Below are positions 1 through 12,346 of a DNA stretch of 64,000 nucleotides, piece by piece. This DNA is from TPA_inf: Saccharomyces (lineage: Eukaryota). Within the stretch, counting starts at the first letter, position 1. Each line of letters starts with the position of its first letter. The stretch is taken from assembly GCA_000146045.2 (NCBI GenBank), contig BK006945.2, positions 992,001-1,056,000 of the forward strand, written 5' to 3'. A program made the position numbers and the translations under genes. The notes beneath the pieces are model-generated. The model saw nothing but the letters and a program-made list of their open reading frames with translations. It was not told the DNA's origin and did no database searches.

Positions 1-732
1 CCAAGCTTTCATGAGGCTAAAAGACCTCAACAGCCAACAACTCAAGAAACAGCTCTTGAAGAGAAAAAGGAGCAGCCTAAAGTGGAGAAGCCAATCAGCG
101 AATCCGAAAAGGAGGTGAAACAAGAAGCTCCAAAATCTCCCTCACCGCTAAAGTCGGCCTCCTCATCTTCTACAATCAACCATGTATTAAAGGAAGATAA
201 TTCGATCAACAAGTTGTTGAAGAAATCCTCCGATATTGATCAAGTTAACAACGCCGAAGATCCGTCTAGGGATACCTCCGGATGGGAAGAAGCCGATGAT
301 GAGCCAGCTCCTATCAAAATCGAAACCCCAGTCACTCCAACAGAAACTAAAAAGGATCGCACACCTAAGGTCGAACCTTCAAAAGAATTGAAGCCAGAGC
401 CAGTGTCTATCGCAACAGATAGAAAACAGGAGCAAAGCTTACCTCAAGAAGAGAAGTCCTCTGAGAAAACAAAGTCCCCTGAGCAGGAAAAATCCGCAAC
501 ACCTCCTTCTTCAATTACGGCTGCTAAGACAGCCATTACTGCCAGCAGTAAGGAAGAGCCATCCGCGGCAAGGACATCACCTAAGTCATTGGGTTTAAAA
601 AAGTCTGTCGAAAAACTATCTACATTGGTTCTGCAATTAGAAGATGTAGTTGATAAATTAACGAAAGCAAATCTTGACAAAGATGAGCGCCTGTTAAAGT
701 TGGAACAAAAAATTGGCGAACTGTCAAAATGA
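1..732 (+). CDS. CRN1: Coronin, C-terminal part. The CDS enters the window from upstream; the frame is open from position 1, with stop at 730-732.
   Basis: Frame 1 is open from nt 1. The C-terminus is Pro/Ser/Lys-rich and ends in a coiled-coil, typical of coronin. It lies immediately upstream of SEN1 as in the known YLR429W-YLR430W arrangement. Confidence 0.8.
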   Translation, partial: PSFHEAKRPQQPTTQETALEEKKEQPKVEKPISESEKEVKQEAPKSPSPLKSASSSSTINHVLKEDNSINKLLKKSSDIDQVNNAEDPSRDTSGWEEADDEPAPIKIETPVTPTETKKDRTPKVEPSKELKPEPVSIATDRKQEQSLPQEEKSSEKTKSPEQEKSATPPSSITAAKTAITASSKEEPSAARTSPKSLGLKKSVEKLSTLVLQLEDVVDKLTKANLDKDERLLKLEQKIGELSK

Positions 733-1433
733 AAATTTTTTGTACTTTTAATGATAAAATTAAGTGAGTCCTTTTTATAGGAAAGATGTATTTTGATTAT
801 ATGTAATGTACATAAGACGGCGGCGATAATAATGCACTTAGAAAGTGAATCATGTTCACCTGTCCACTAACAAAAAAGGAAACAAAATGTTGCTTTCCCA
901 CAGGAAAAAGAATGTTTTTGACAAAACACTAAGCGTTATGTGACCAATGTATAATTGTCCTCATCATATAGTTTTATGCAAGCATAAATAAGTCTTTCTT
1001 TTAGTTAAAACGCGTTACATAGTAAAGGTAACCCTGAATGAATTTTTATTTATATTTTTCTTCGCATATTTTAGGATCTTGAAAAATTAACCACAAGTTA
1101 GAAGTTGATGAGATCAGGAATTCTAACAAAAGGTCATTGGTTAGGTTTATTTTGTAGGTGCACGTTTGCAACTTTATTCCTTTTGTTTCAAAGTTATAGA
1201 GCTTTCATTTTCTCATTCTTCTCTAGTGTAGGTCATTTCTCCTGCATATTAACCTACTAGAAAAGTTTACGAAGCTTCATAGGAACGAATAATCGATCAC
1301 TTTAAAGGCTTCCCGCACTTTAATCTTATCATCTACACCTACAAAAAAGCTCTACTTTGTCATTTATTTTCTACTTCATCTCTGTATGGCATCTATCTCT
1401 ATATATATAAAAAAGCGCATCTGTTTATTATAA

Positions 1434-4400
1434 ATGAATTCCAACAATCCTGATAATAATAATAGCAACAACATTAATAATAATAATAAGGATAAGGATA
1501 TTGCCCCCAATAGCGATGTTCAGCTAGCTACCGTCTATACCAAGGCAAAGTCTTACATTCCTCAGATTGAACAAGTTTATCAAGGCACAAATCCAAATAT
1601 TCAAGAGGCAAAATTATTAGGGGAGTTATTACAAGTTCTAGCAGAAGTTCCCAAGGGTACGCATTTATTTTGCGACCCCATACTTGAACCAATATCAATT
1701 TTTTCCCTAACCATTTTCTCATTCAATGAAGAAGCTACGGCCACATGGCTGAAGAATCATTTTAATCCAATTCTCTCTGTTTGTGATAAATGCATTCTAA
1801 ATTTTGCGAGAGGGAAGTGCAAAATGTTACAACATTTTGCCATTCAAAGACATGTGCCGCATGAACATGTAGCCAAGTTTAATGACATCGTATGCCAATG
1901 GAGGGTGGAGGCTGTTTTTCCTATTCTTAGAAATATTTCCGTTAACGATAATACGGGAATTAACATTACAAATGAAATTGAAACTGCAATGTACGAGTGT
2001 CTCTGTAATCCGCATATGTTGAGGCTTAACAAGCAACTTAAGGCTACTTTCGAAGCAATCTTCAAATTTTTCTACGACACAAAGCATCGTTTGTTGGACG
2101 TTACGAATCCATTAAGCATAAAAACCTTTATATCAGGTGTCATATTTTGCTGGTGTGAAGGTTCAAAAGAGGAAAATGAGTGGTCACGAGCTTTTCTAAA
2201 GGATTTATACTCAAGAAATTTCCATATAAATCTTTCTAACCTGACACCGGATATTATTGAGGAAGTTTATATCCATATTTTATTCTTACAGAATCCGGCA
2301 AACTGGACAGAGATTGTGGTATCTCAATTCTGGTCGAGATTACTACCGGTTTTCAATTTATTTGATAAAGACGTCTTCATAGAGTACTTTCAGGTCCCAA
2401 AAAATGTGGAATCTTTAAAAAAAACATTCAAATTTCCGTTAGAGCCAATTTTTAAAATGTGGTACAATCACTTAAGCAAATCATATCATGATAAGCCACT
2501 AGACTTTTTGTTAAGAGGATTAACAATGTTCTTGAATAAATTTGGCTCCGAGTTTTGGTCCAAAATTGAACCCTTCACATTCCATAGCATTTTGGATATA
2601 ATTTTCAATAGAGATTCATTCCCAATCAAACTAATCAAAATTCAAGACAATCCAATTGTTGAGCATCAAACAGAAGTTTACTTTCAACTTACCGGTTCTG
2701 TAACCGATTTACTTTCTTGGACCTTACCATTTTATCATGCACTGTCACCATCCAAAAGAATTCAAATGGTTAGAAAGGTCTCAATGGCGTTCCTGCGTAT
2801 AATAGCCAATTATCCATCCCTAAAATCCATTCCCAAAGCTTGTTTAATGAATTCAGCAACTGCCTTGTTGAGGGCTGTGTTGACTATTAAGGAAAATGAA
2901 AGGGCAATGCTTTATAAGAATGATGAATTTGAAACAGTACTGTTGACTAAAACAGATTCTAGAGCTTTGCTCAACAATCCTTTGATCCAAGACATAATAA
3001 TTAGATCAGCTTCGAATCCTAACGACTTTTATCCTGGGCTAGGTGCTGCTTCTGCATCGGTGGCCACATCCACGATGATGGTATTGGCAGAATGTATCGA
3101 TTTTGATATACTGTTATTATGTCATCGAACGTTTAAGCTTTATTCAGGTAAACCAATTAGCGAAATTCCAATTTCAACCAACGTCTTGGAAAATGTTACA
3201 AATAAAATTGACCTGAGATCTTTTCATGACGGTCCATTGCTGGCCAAACAGCTGCTAGTATCTTTAAAAAATATTAATGGTCTTTTGATAGTACCGTCAA
3301 ATACTGCCGTAGCTGAGGCACACAACGCATTGAATCAGAAGTTTTTGCTGCTATCAACGAGATTAATGGAAAAATTTGCGGATATTTTGCCCGGTCAACT
3401 GTCTAAAATCCTTGCGGATGAAGATGCATCGCAGGGTTTTTGGTCCTGCATATTCTCCTCTGATAAACACTTGTATCAAGCAGCTACTAATATTTTATAC
3501 AATACATTTGACGTTGAGGGTAGACTGGAAGGTATCTTAGCGATTCTGAATAGTAATTTGACCGTTAACTTGAAGAATATAAACGTGATGCTACAAAGAT
3601 TAATCAATTGTGAATTCTATGAGCCTTGCCCCCGTGCTGTTCGTGTTTTGATGGACGTAGTGAGTGCATTTGTAGACCCGATTTCTGGTGTGTTTGCTAA
3701 TTTCCAAACTTTGAAGAGCCAAAATACCGAAAAGGAATTTTTAAAATTCTGGGAATCATGTTGGTTATTCTTGGATACGATTTATAAGTTTACTTTGAAA
3801 TGGGCTTCTAAATATGACTATTCTGAACTGGAAAATTTCACCAAAGATACTTTAGATCTAAGTCGCTCTTTGGTGGACTCCTTTAGAGAATTTTCAGATA
3901 TTCTTCATGACCAAACGAAAAATTTACTTCTCAACGTTTTAGAAACCTTTAAGAATATGTTGTATTGGCTGAGATTGAGCGACGAAGTACTTTTGGAATC
4001 TTGTGTTAGATTAATTATAAGCACGTCTGATTTAGCACATGAAAAGCATGTGAAAGTGGATGATTCCTTGGTAGAAATGATGGCCAAGTACGCCTCGAAG
4101 GCAAAGAGATTTTCAAATAAGTTGACGGAGCAACAGGCGAGTGAGATTCTACAAAAGGCTAAAATATTCAATAAAGCACTCACGGAAGAGGTCGCTACAG
4201 AAGCTGAAAACTACAGAAAAGAAAAGGAATTATCAAGACTTGGGAAGGTGATCGACTTAACGGATTCTGTGCCGGCGTCACCATCCCTCTCGCCCTCTCT
4301 GTCTTCAACCATTGCTAGTTCTTCTGCTGAATCCAGGGCAGACTATTTACAAAGAAAAGCTTTATCTTCTTCAATAACTGGGAGACCAAGAGTAGCTCAG

Positions 4401-7400
4401 CCTAAAATAACATCTTTTGGTACGTTCCAATCATCAGCTAATGCTAAACTGCATCGTACAAAACCTGTTAAGCCTTTATCCAAAATGGAATTAGCTAGGA
4501 TGCAATTATTAAACAACAGAGTTGTTCATCCACCTAGTGCGCCAGCTTTCCATACAAAGAGTAGGGGTTTGTCTAACAAAAACGACGATAGCAGTAGTGA
4601 GGAGAGTGACAACGATATAGAAAGCGCTCGGGAGCTTTTTGCTATTGCTAAGGCAAAAGGCAAAGGAATACAAACTGTCGATATTAATGGTAAGGTTGTC
4701 AAGAGACAAACTGCGGCTGAATTGGCTAAACAGGAGTTAGAACATATGAGAAAGAGATTAAATGTTGATATGAACCCTCTATATGAAATCATATTGCAAT
4801 GGGATTACACCAGAAATAGTGAATATCCTGATGATGAGCCTATTGGTAATTATTCTGACGTAAAGGATTTCTTCAACTCTCCTGCTGACTACCAAAAAGT
4901 CATGAAGCCTTTACTACTTCTAGAATCTTGGCAAGGTCTATGTTCTTCACGTGATAGAGAGGACTATAAACCTTTCAGTATTATTGTAGGAAATCGAACT
5001 GCTGTGTCAGATTTCTATGATGTGTATGCCTCTGTCGCTAAACAAGTCATACAGGATTGTGGTATTTCTGAATCTGACTTAATTGTAATGGCTTATTTAC
5101 CCGATTTTCGACCAGACAAAAGGTTGTCCAGTGATGATTTCAAGAAAGCACAACATACATGTTTAGCAAAGGTGAGAACATTGAAAAATACCAAAGGTGG
5201 TAATGTTGATGTCACATTACGAATTCATAGAAATCATTCTTTCAGTAAATTTTTGACACTAAGATCAGAGATATATTGTGTGAAGGTTATGCAAATGACG
5301 ACTATTGAAAGAGAGTATTCAACACTGGAAGGGCTGGAATACTATGACTTAGTTGGCCAAATTCTACAGGCTAAACCATCGCCTCCCGTAAATGTGGATG
5401 CGGCAGAAATTGAAACAGTTAAGAAAAGCTATAAGCTCAATACGTCGCAGGCTGAGGCCATCGTTAATTCGGTATCTAAAGAAGGTTTTTCTTTAATTCA
5501 GGGTCCACCTGGTACGGGTAAAACAAAGACTATACTGGGTATTATTGGTTACTTTTTGTCTACAAAGAATGCCTCATCTTCAAATGTCATCAAAGTGCCA
5601 CTAGAAAAGAACTCATCGAATACTGAACAACTGTTAAAAAAGCAAAAAATTCTAATCTGTGCCCCCAGTAATGCCGCTGTGGACGAAATCTGCCTCAGAC
5701 TGAAGAGTGGAGTGTATGACAAGCAGGGGCATCAATTTAAACCTCAATTGGTCCGTGTAGGTAGGTCAGACGTTGTAAACGTTGCAATTAAGGACCTTAC
5801 TTTAGAAGAACTTGTGGATAAAAGGATAGGTGAAAGGAATTACGAAATCAGAACAGATCCGGAACTAGAACGTAAATTTAATAATGCTGTGACTAAAAGA
5901 AGAGAATTGAGAGGAAAATTAGACTCTGAGAGTGGTAATCCAGAAAGTCCAATGTCAACCGAAGATATCAGTAAATTACAACTTAAGATTAGGGAGCTAA
6001 GTAAAATAATCAATGAACTTGGCCGTGATAGGGACGAAATGCGTGAGAAGAATTCCGTAAATTATAGGAATAGGGATTTGGATAGAAGGAATGCACAGGC
6101 CCATATCTTGGCGGTTAGTGACATCATATGTTCGACTTTATCTGGTTCAGCCCATGATGTACTCGCAACAATGGGTATTAAATTTGATACGGTCATTATA
6201 GATGAAGCATGTCAATGTACCGAACTTTCTTCAATTATTCCTCTCAGGTATGGAGGGAAGCGTTGTATTATGGTTGGTGATCCTAACCAACTACCACCAA
6301 CTGTTCTTTCAGGTGCAGCAAGCAATTTTAAATACAATCAGTCACTGTTCGTTAGAATGGAGAAAAATAGCTCCCCATACTTGCTGGATGTTCAATACCG
6401 TATGCATCCTTCCATCAGTAAATTCCCCTCTTCTGAATTTTATCAGGGACGACTAAAAGACGGCCCTGGTATGGATATCTTGAACAAAAGACCCTGGCAC
6501 CAGCTTGAGCCATTAGCTCCCTACAAATTTTTTGACATCATTAGTGGTAGGCAAGAACAAAATGCGAAGACTATGTCTTATACAAATATGGAGGAAATAC
6601 GTGTTGCCATTGAGTTAGTTGACTACCTTTTCAGAAAATTCGATAATAAAATTGATTTCACGGGAAAAATCGGTATAATTTCACCTTATAGAGAGCAAAT
6701 GCAAAAAATGCGTAAAGAGTTTGCCCGCTATTTTGGAGGCATGATCAACAAATCAATCGATTTCAATACAATCGACGGTTTCCAAGGTCAAGAAAAAGAA
6801 ATCATCTTGATATCGTGTGTCCGTGCCGATGATACGAAATCTAGTGTCGGTTTTTTAAAGGACTTTCGTCGTATGAATGTGGCTCTGACTAGAGCCAAGA
6901 CAAGTATTTGGGTTTTGGGACATCAAAGGTCTCTGGCTAAAAGCAAGTTATGGAGAGATTTGATTGAAGATGCAAAAGATAGAAGTTGTCTTGCATATGC
7001 TTGCTCGGGTTTCCTGGATCCCAGAAATAATAGAGCTCAAAGTATTTTAAGAAAGTTCAATGTACCCGTACCATCAGAGCAAGAAGATGATTATAAGCTA
7101 CCCATGGAATATATTACGCAAGGCCCCGATGAGGTAAAATCCAATAAGGACACAAAGAAGAGAAGAGTTGTCGATGAAGGTGAAGAGGCAGATAAAGCTG
7201 TAAAGAAAAAGAAGAAAGAGAAGAAGAAGGAAAAGAAAAAGTCCAAGGCAGATGATAAGAAAAAGAATAACAAGAAGGCAGAATCGCCCAGCACCTCATC
7301 TGGTACAAAGAAAAAGTCATCCATTTTTGGTGGAATGAGTGTACCGAGTGCCGTAGTTCCTAAAACTTTTCCTGATGTGGACAGCAACAAAAAGGCAGCA

Positions 7401-8129
7401 GCAGTTGTTGGTAAAAAGAAAAATAACAAACACGTTTGTTTTTCGGATGATGTTAGTTTCATACCAAGAAATGACGAACCTGAAATTAAAGTGACCAGAA
7501 GTTTATCCTCTGTATTGAAGGAAAAGCAGTTAGGTTTGAAGGAGACGAGAACAATTTCTCCGCCTGAAATCAGTAATAATGAGGATGATGATGACGAAGA
7601 TGATTATACGCCGTCAATCTCCGATTCTTCATTAATGAAAAGTGAAGCAAATGGTCGTAACAACAGGGTGGCTTCTCATAACCAAAATTTCAGCGCTAGT
7701 ATATACGACGATCCACAAGTTTCGCAAGCAAAGCAGACGCAGGTACCTGCTGCTATTACAAAACACAGAAGTTCAAATAGTGTTTTATCCGGTGGTTCTT
7801 CGAGGATCCTGACTGCTTCCGATTACGGTGAACCCAATCAAAATGGACAGAATGGAGCAAATAGGACCCTCTCTCAACATGTGGGTAATGCGAATCAATA
7901 CTCAACGGCTCCTGTGGGTACAGGCGAACTGCATGAAACTCTGCCCGCCCATCCGCAAGACAGCTATCCTGCTGAGGCAGAAGATCCATATGATTTAAAC
8001 CCCCATCCGCAACCACAATCTTCAGCATTCAAAGGACCTGGTAGTGGGCCCACAGGCACACGCAACAGTTCGAGACGGAATGCTTCATCTAGCCCATTTA
8101 TCCCAAAAAAAAGAAAGCCTAGATCATGA
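1434..8129 (+). CDS. SEN1: Sen1 superfamily-I 5'-3' RNA/DNA helicase of the Nrd1-Nab3-Sen1 termination pathway, 2231 aa.
   Basis: ATG at 1434. Length is 2231 aa. The Walker A motif GPPGTGKT lies near nt 5505-5528. Downstream helicase motifs (DEAC, QYRMHP) and a Lys-rich C-terminal NLS-like tract are present. Confidence 0.97.
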   Translation: MNSNNPDNNNSNNINNNNKDKDIAPNSDVQLATVYTKAKSYIPQIEQVYQGTNPNIQEAKLLGELLQVLAEVPKGTHLFCDPILEPISIFSLTIFSFNEEATATWLKNHFNPILSVCDKCILNFARGKCKMLQHFAIQRHVPHEHVAKFNDIVCQWRVEAVFPILRNISVNDNTGINITNEIETAMYECLCNPHMLRLNKQLKATFEAIFKFFYDTKHRLLDVTNPLSIKTFISGVIFCWCEGSKEENEWSRAFLKDLYSRNFHINLSNLTPDIIEEVYIHILFLQNPANWTEIVVSQFWSRLLPVFNLFDKDVFIEYFQVPKNVESLKKTFKFPLEPIFKMWYNHLSKSYHDKPLDFLLRGLTMFLNKFGSEFWSKIEPFTFHSILDIIFNRDSFPIKLIKIQDNPIVEHQTEVYFQLTGSVTDLLSWTLPFYHALSPSKRIQMVRKVSMAFLRIIANYPSLKSIPKACLMNSATALLRAVLTIKENERAMLYKNDEFETVLLTKTDSRALLNNPLIQDIIIRSASNPNDFYPGLGAASASVATSTMMVLAECIDFDILLLCHRTFKLYSGKPISEIPISTNVLENVTNKIDLRSFHDGPLLAKQLLVSLKNINGLLIVPSNTAVAEAHNALNQKFLLLSTRLMEKFADILPGQLSKILADEDASQGFWSCIFSSDKHLYQAATNILYNTFDVEGRLEGILAILNSNLTVNLKNINVMLQRLINCEFYEPCPRAVRVLMDVVSAFVDPISGVFANFQTLKSQNTEKEFLKFWESCWLFLDTIYKFTLKWASKYDYSELENFTKDTLDLSRSLVDSFREFSDILHDQTKNLLLNVLETFKNMLYWLRLSDEVLLESCVRLIISTSDLAHEKHVKVDDSLVEMMAKYASKAKRFSNKLTEQQASEILQKAKIFNKALTEEVATEAENYRKEKELSRLGKVIDLTDSVPASPSLSPSLSSTIASSSAESRADYLQRKALSSSITGRPRVAQPKITSFGTFQSSANAKLHRTKPVKPLSKMELARMQLLNNRVVHPPSAPAFHTKSRGLSNKNDDSSSEESDNDIESARELFAIAKAKGKGIQTVDINGKVVKRQTAAELAKQELEHMRKRLNVDMNPLYEIILQWDYTRNSEYPDDEPIGNYSDVKDFFNSPADYQKVMKPLLLLESWQGLCSSRDREDYKPFSIIVGNRTAVSDFYDVYASVAKQVIQDCGISESDLIVMAYLPDFRPDKRLSSDDFKKAQHTCLAKVRTLKNTKGGNVDVTLRIHRNHSFSKFLTLRSEIYCVKVMQMTTIEREYSTLEGLEYYDLVGQILQAKPSPPVNVDAAEIETVKKSYKLNTSQAEAIVNSVSKEGFSLIQGPPGTGKTKTILGIIGYFLSTKNASSSNVIKVPLEKNSSNTEQLLKKQKILICAPSNAAVDEICLRLKSGVYDKQGHQFKPQLVRVGRSDVVNVAIKDLTLEELVDKRIGERNYEIRTDPELERKFNNAVTKRRELRGKLDSESGNPESPMSTEDISKLQLKIRELSKIINELGRDRDEMREKNSVNYRNRDLDRRNAQAHILAVSDIICSTLSGSAHDVLATMGIKFDTVIIDEACQCTELSSIIPLRYGGKRCIMVGDPNQLPPTVLSGAASNFKYNQSLFVRMEKNSSPYLLDVQYRMHPSISKFPSSEFYQGRLKDGPGMDILNKRPWHQLEPLAPYKFFDIISGRQEQNAKTMSYTNMEEIRVAIELVDYLFRKFDNKIDFTGKIGIISPYREQMQKMRKEFARYFGGMINKSIDFNTIDGFQGQEKEIILISCVRADDTKSSVGFLKDFRRMNVALTRAKTSIWVLGHQRSLAKSKLWRDLIEDAKDRSCLAYACSGFLDPRNNRAQSILRKFNVPVPSEQEDDYKLPMEYITQGPDEVKSNKDTKKRRVVDEGEEADKAVKKKKKEKKKEKKKSKADDKKKNNKKAESPSTSSGTKKKSSIFGGMSVPSAVVPKTFPDVDSNKKAAAVVGKKKNNKHVCFSDDVSFIPRNDEPEIKVTRSLSSVLKEKQLGLKETRTISPPEISNNEDDDDEDDYTPSISDSSLMKSEANGRNNRVASHNQNFSASIYDDPQVSQAKQTQVPAAITKHRSSNSVLSGGSSRILTASDYGEPNQNGQNGANRTLSQHVGNANQYSTAPVGTGELHETLPAHPQDSYPAEAEDPYDLNPHPQPQSSAFKGPGSGPTGTRNSSRRNASSSPFIPKKRKPRS

Positions 8130-8341
8130 TCTTGAAGTAAAAGTGTTAGGAATTATACCTGCATATATATTGGTGTATACATTTATATTGAATTTAATAG
8201 CAACATTATTTTTCATTATTTTTCATTATTTCAGCAAAAAGAACATTTTTTTTCAATTTGACGTGAAAGAGTTTGACTATTACGTGGGCATACAATGTTT
8301 AAATTTACATTATCCTCATGGCTACTCTAGCTATTTGCATT

Positions 8342-9718
<1,377 letters not shown>

Positions 9719-10556
9719 TTATTTTGTTACCTTATAGAACAACGAGGTTAAAATGTGGAACAAGAAAACGAAAATAATCACTTGAACTAAAACGTACTCT
9801 ATCCTTCACTTTTCCATTCCTTAGCCGGTTCTCCAATAGATATATACAGACGTTCTCTGTGTTCTATTATTTGTATATGATTTACACTATAAAAAGACTA
9901 TCTATACCTTTTGTTAATTGCGCACCTAAACGCCAGAGCTTACGCCCTTAAATTTTTTGAACATATGCGCTGATACCCTACAAGTTGTCCTAGGGCTAGG
10001 ATATCGGGAAAAAAGAGACAAGGGAACTTGAAAAACCATAATTCCCAATACATAAACCTGTTACTTGATGGCTAACAAGATGTACTTTTTTCCAGTGACC
10101 CAGTGGCTTCTTTAACCACTATTGTGTTCATTTCTAACTCTGGTTAATTACATAAATATTAGCCTTCAAAGCCGCACACGTTTCTTTTTCCGAAAAATGA
10201 AAAATTTTTCACTGAAAAAAAAAAAAAAAAAAAGAAGAAATAGAAAGGTATAAATAGTTGAATAATTTGCCCTTCCGAGATCCAACAAGATTTTTGAGTG
10301 TTGGGACCCTTGGAGGTTTACTCCAGTTTCGTGGGCTTGTGCATTTTCACCTAGTGTACTGGGAACTTTCTCTTTTTTACTCTATTTCTTTTCTTTCTTG
10401 CTTCTATATAACTTAACTTAGAAAGACTTTCTAAACTCGCAGAAAAGCACGTCATCTCATCTGTCTCACTTTTATTCTAAGGAAAAGAAGTCATCGACAG
10501 GTTAACAGCAGTAAATATTATCAGTGCAATTAATAACTCCGAAAGTAGTAAAAGCA

Positions 10557-12128
10557 ATGGCCGCCGTTAGAGACTACAAGACTGCCTTGGAATTCGCCAA
10601 GAGCTTACCAAGACTAGATGGTTTGTCTGTCCAGGAGTTGATGGACTCCAAGACCAGAGGTGGGTTGACTTATAACGACTTTTTGGTTTTGCCAGGTCTG
10701 GTTGATTTCCCATCTTCTGAAGTTAGCCTACAAACTAAGTTGACAAGGAATATCACTTTGAACACCCCATTCGTTTCCTCTCCAATGGACACCGTGACAG
10801 AATCAGAAATGGCCATCTTCATGGCTTTGTTGGGTGGTATCGGTTTTATTCACCACAACTGTACCCCAGAGGACCAAGCTGACATGGTCAGAAGAGTCAA
10901 GAACTATGAAAATGGGTTTATTAACAACCCTATAGTGATTTCCCCAACTACTACTGTGGGTGAAGCTAAGAGTATGAAGGAAAGATTTGGATTTTCCGGT
11001 TTCCCCGTTACAGAAGATGGTAAAAGAAACGGAAAATTGATGGGTATCGTCACTTCTCGTGATATTCAGTTCGTTGAAGACAACTCTTTGCTTGTTCAAG
11101 ATGTTATGACCAAAAACCCTGTCACCGGTGCACAAGGTATTACATTGTCTGAAGGTAATGAAATTTTAAAGAAGATTAAAAAGGGTAAGCTATTGATTGT
11201 TGACGACAATGGTAACTTAGTTTCTATGCTTTCCAGAACTGATTTAATGAAAAATCAGAACTATCCATTGGCTTCTAAATCTGCCACCACCAAGCAACTG
11301 TTATGTGGTGCTGCTATCGGTACTATCGATGCTGATAAGGAAAGGTTAAGACTATTAGTCGAAGCAGGTTTGGATGTTGTTATCTTAGATTCCTCTCAAG
11401 GTAACTCTATTTTCCAATTGAACATGATCAAATGGATTAAAGAAACTTTCCCAGATTTGGAAATCATTGCTGGTAACGTTGCCACCAGAGAACAAGCTGC
11501 TAACTTGATTGCTGCCGGTGCCGATGGTTTAAGAATTGGTATGGGTTCAGGCTCTATTTGTATCACTCAAGAAGTTATGGCCTGTGGTAGACCACAAGGT
11601 ACAGCCGTCTACAACGTGTGTGAATTTGCTAACCAATTCGGTATTCCATGTATGGCTGATGGTGGTGTTCAAAACATTGGTCATATTACCAAAGCTTTGG
11701 CTCTTGGTTCTTCTACTGTTATGATGGGTGGTATGTTAGCTGGTACTACTGAATCTCCTGGTGAATATTTCTATCAAGATGGTAAAAGATTGAAGGCATA
11801 TCGTGGTATGGGTTCCATTGACGCCATGCAAAAGACTGGTACTAAAGGTAATGCATCTACCTCCCGTTACTTTTCCGAATCAGACAGTGTTTTGGTCGCA
11901 CAAGGTGTCTCCGGTGCTGTCGTTGACAAAGGTTCTATCAAGAAATTTATTCCATATTTGTACAACGGTTTACAACATTCTTGTCAAGACATTGGTTACA
12001 AGTCCCTAACTTTATTAAAGGAAAATGTCCAAAGCGGTAAAGTTAGATTTGAATTTAGAACCGCTTCTGCTCAACTAGAAGGTGGTGTTCATAACTTACA
12101 TTCTTACGAAAAGCGTTTACATAACTAA
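10557..12128 (+). CDS. IMD3: IMP dehydrogenase, 523 aa.
   Basis: True ATG at 10557; the track ORF begins 11 codons upstream on a GTG. It has an IMPDH catalytic loop with Cys (GSGSICIT) and a CBS-pair insertion. Length is 523 aa. Confidence 0.95.
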   Translation: MAAVRDYKTALEFAKSLPRLDGLSVQELMDSKTRGGLTYNDFLVLPGLVDFPSSEVSLQTKLTRNITLNTPFVSSPMDTVTESEMAIFMALLGGIGFIHHNCTPEDQADMVRRVKNYENGFINNPIVISPTTTVGEAKSMKERFGFSGFPVTEDGKRNGKLMGIVTSRDIQFVEDNSLLVQDVMTKNPVTGAQGITLSEGNEILKKIKKGKLLIVDDNGNLVSMLSRTDLMKNQNYPLASKSATTKQLLCGAAIGTIDADKERLRLLVEAGLDVVILDSSQGNSIFQLNMIKWIKETFPDLEIIAGNVATREQAANLIAAGADGLRIGMGSGSICITQEVMACGRPQGTAVYNVCEFANQFGIPCMADGGVQNIGHITKALALGSSTVMMGGMLAGTTESPGEYFYQDGKRLKAYRGMGSIDAMQKTGTKGNASTSRYFSESDSVLVAQGVSGAVVDKGSIKKFIPYLYNGLQHSCQDIGYKSLTLLKENVQSGKVRFEFRTASAQLEGGVHNLHSYEKRLHN

Positions 12129-12346
12129 TTGGTAACTAGGGTTCATTAATAATAAAATAAAACTAAAAAATATGTGTTTATATTTATTCTGCTCGCAGTT
12201 AAGTATGGAAATCAAGAAATAGACTGGAAATGATCTATATTTTCTTCGTATTTTGTTAGTTCATATTATCTCTTGCGGATCGTGACAGTAGCACAAGAAT
12301 TCGATGTTGCATCTCATAGGAATAAAAAAGAATAAAATGAGATTTA

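Noticed and set aside
444-680. 78-aa minus-strand ORF inside CRN1 (corresponds to the 'dubious' class of overlapping ORFs such as YLR428C)
   Set aside because: It is entirely antisense to a well-supported conserved gene. Its composition mirrors the sense strand. No motif is present.
10524-10556. 5' extensions of track ORFs (IMD3 at 10524, CAR2 at 20411, the MRPL4-overlapping ORF at 22493 and others)
   Set aside because: The first codon is GTG or TTG, not ATG, so the track evidently allows alternative start codons. Nuclear yeast genes initiate at AUG, and the ATG-initiated lengths match the known proteins.
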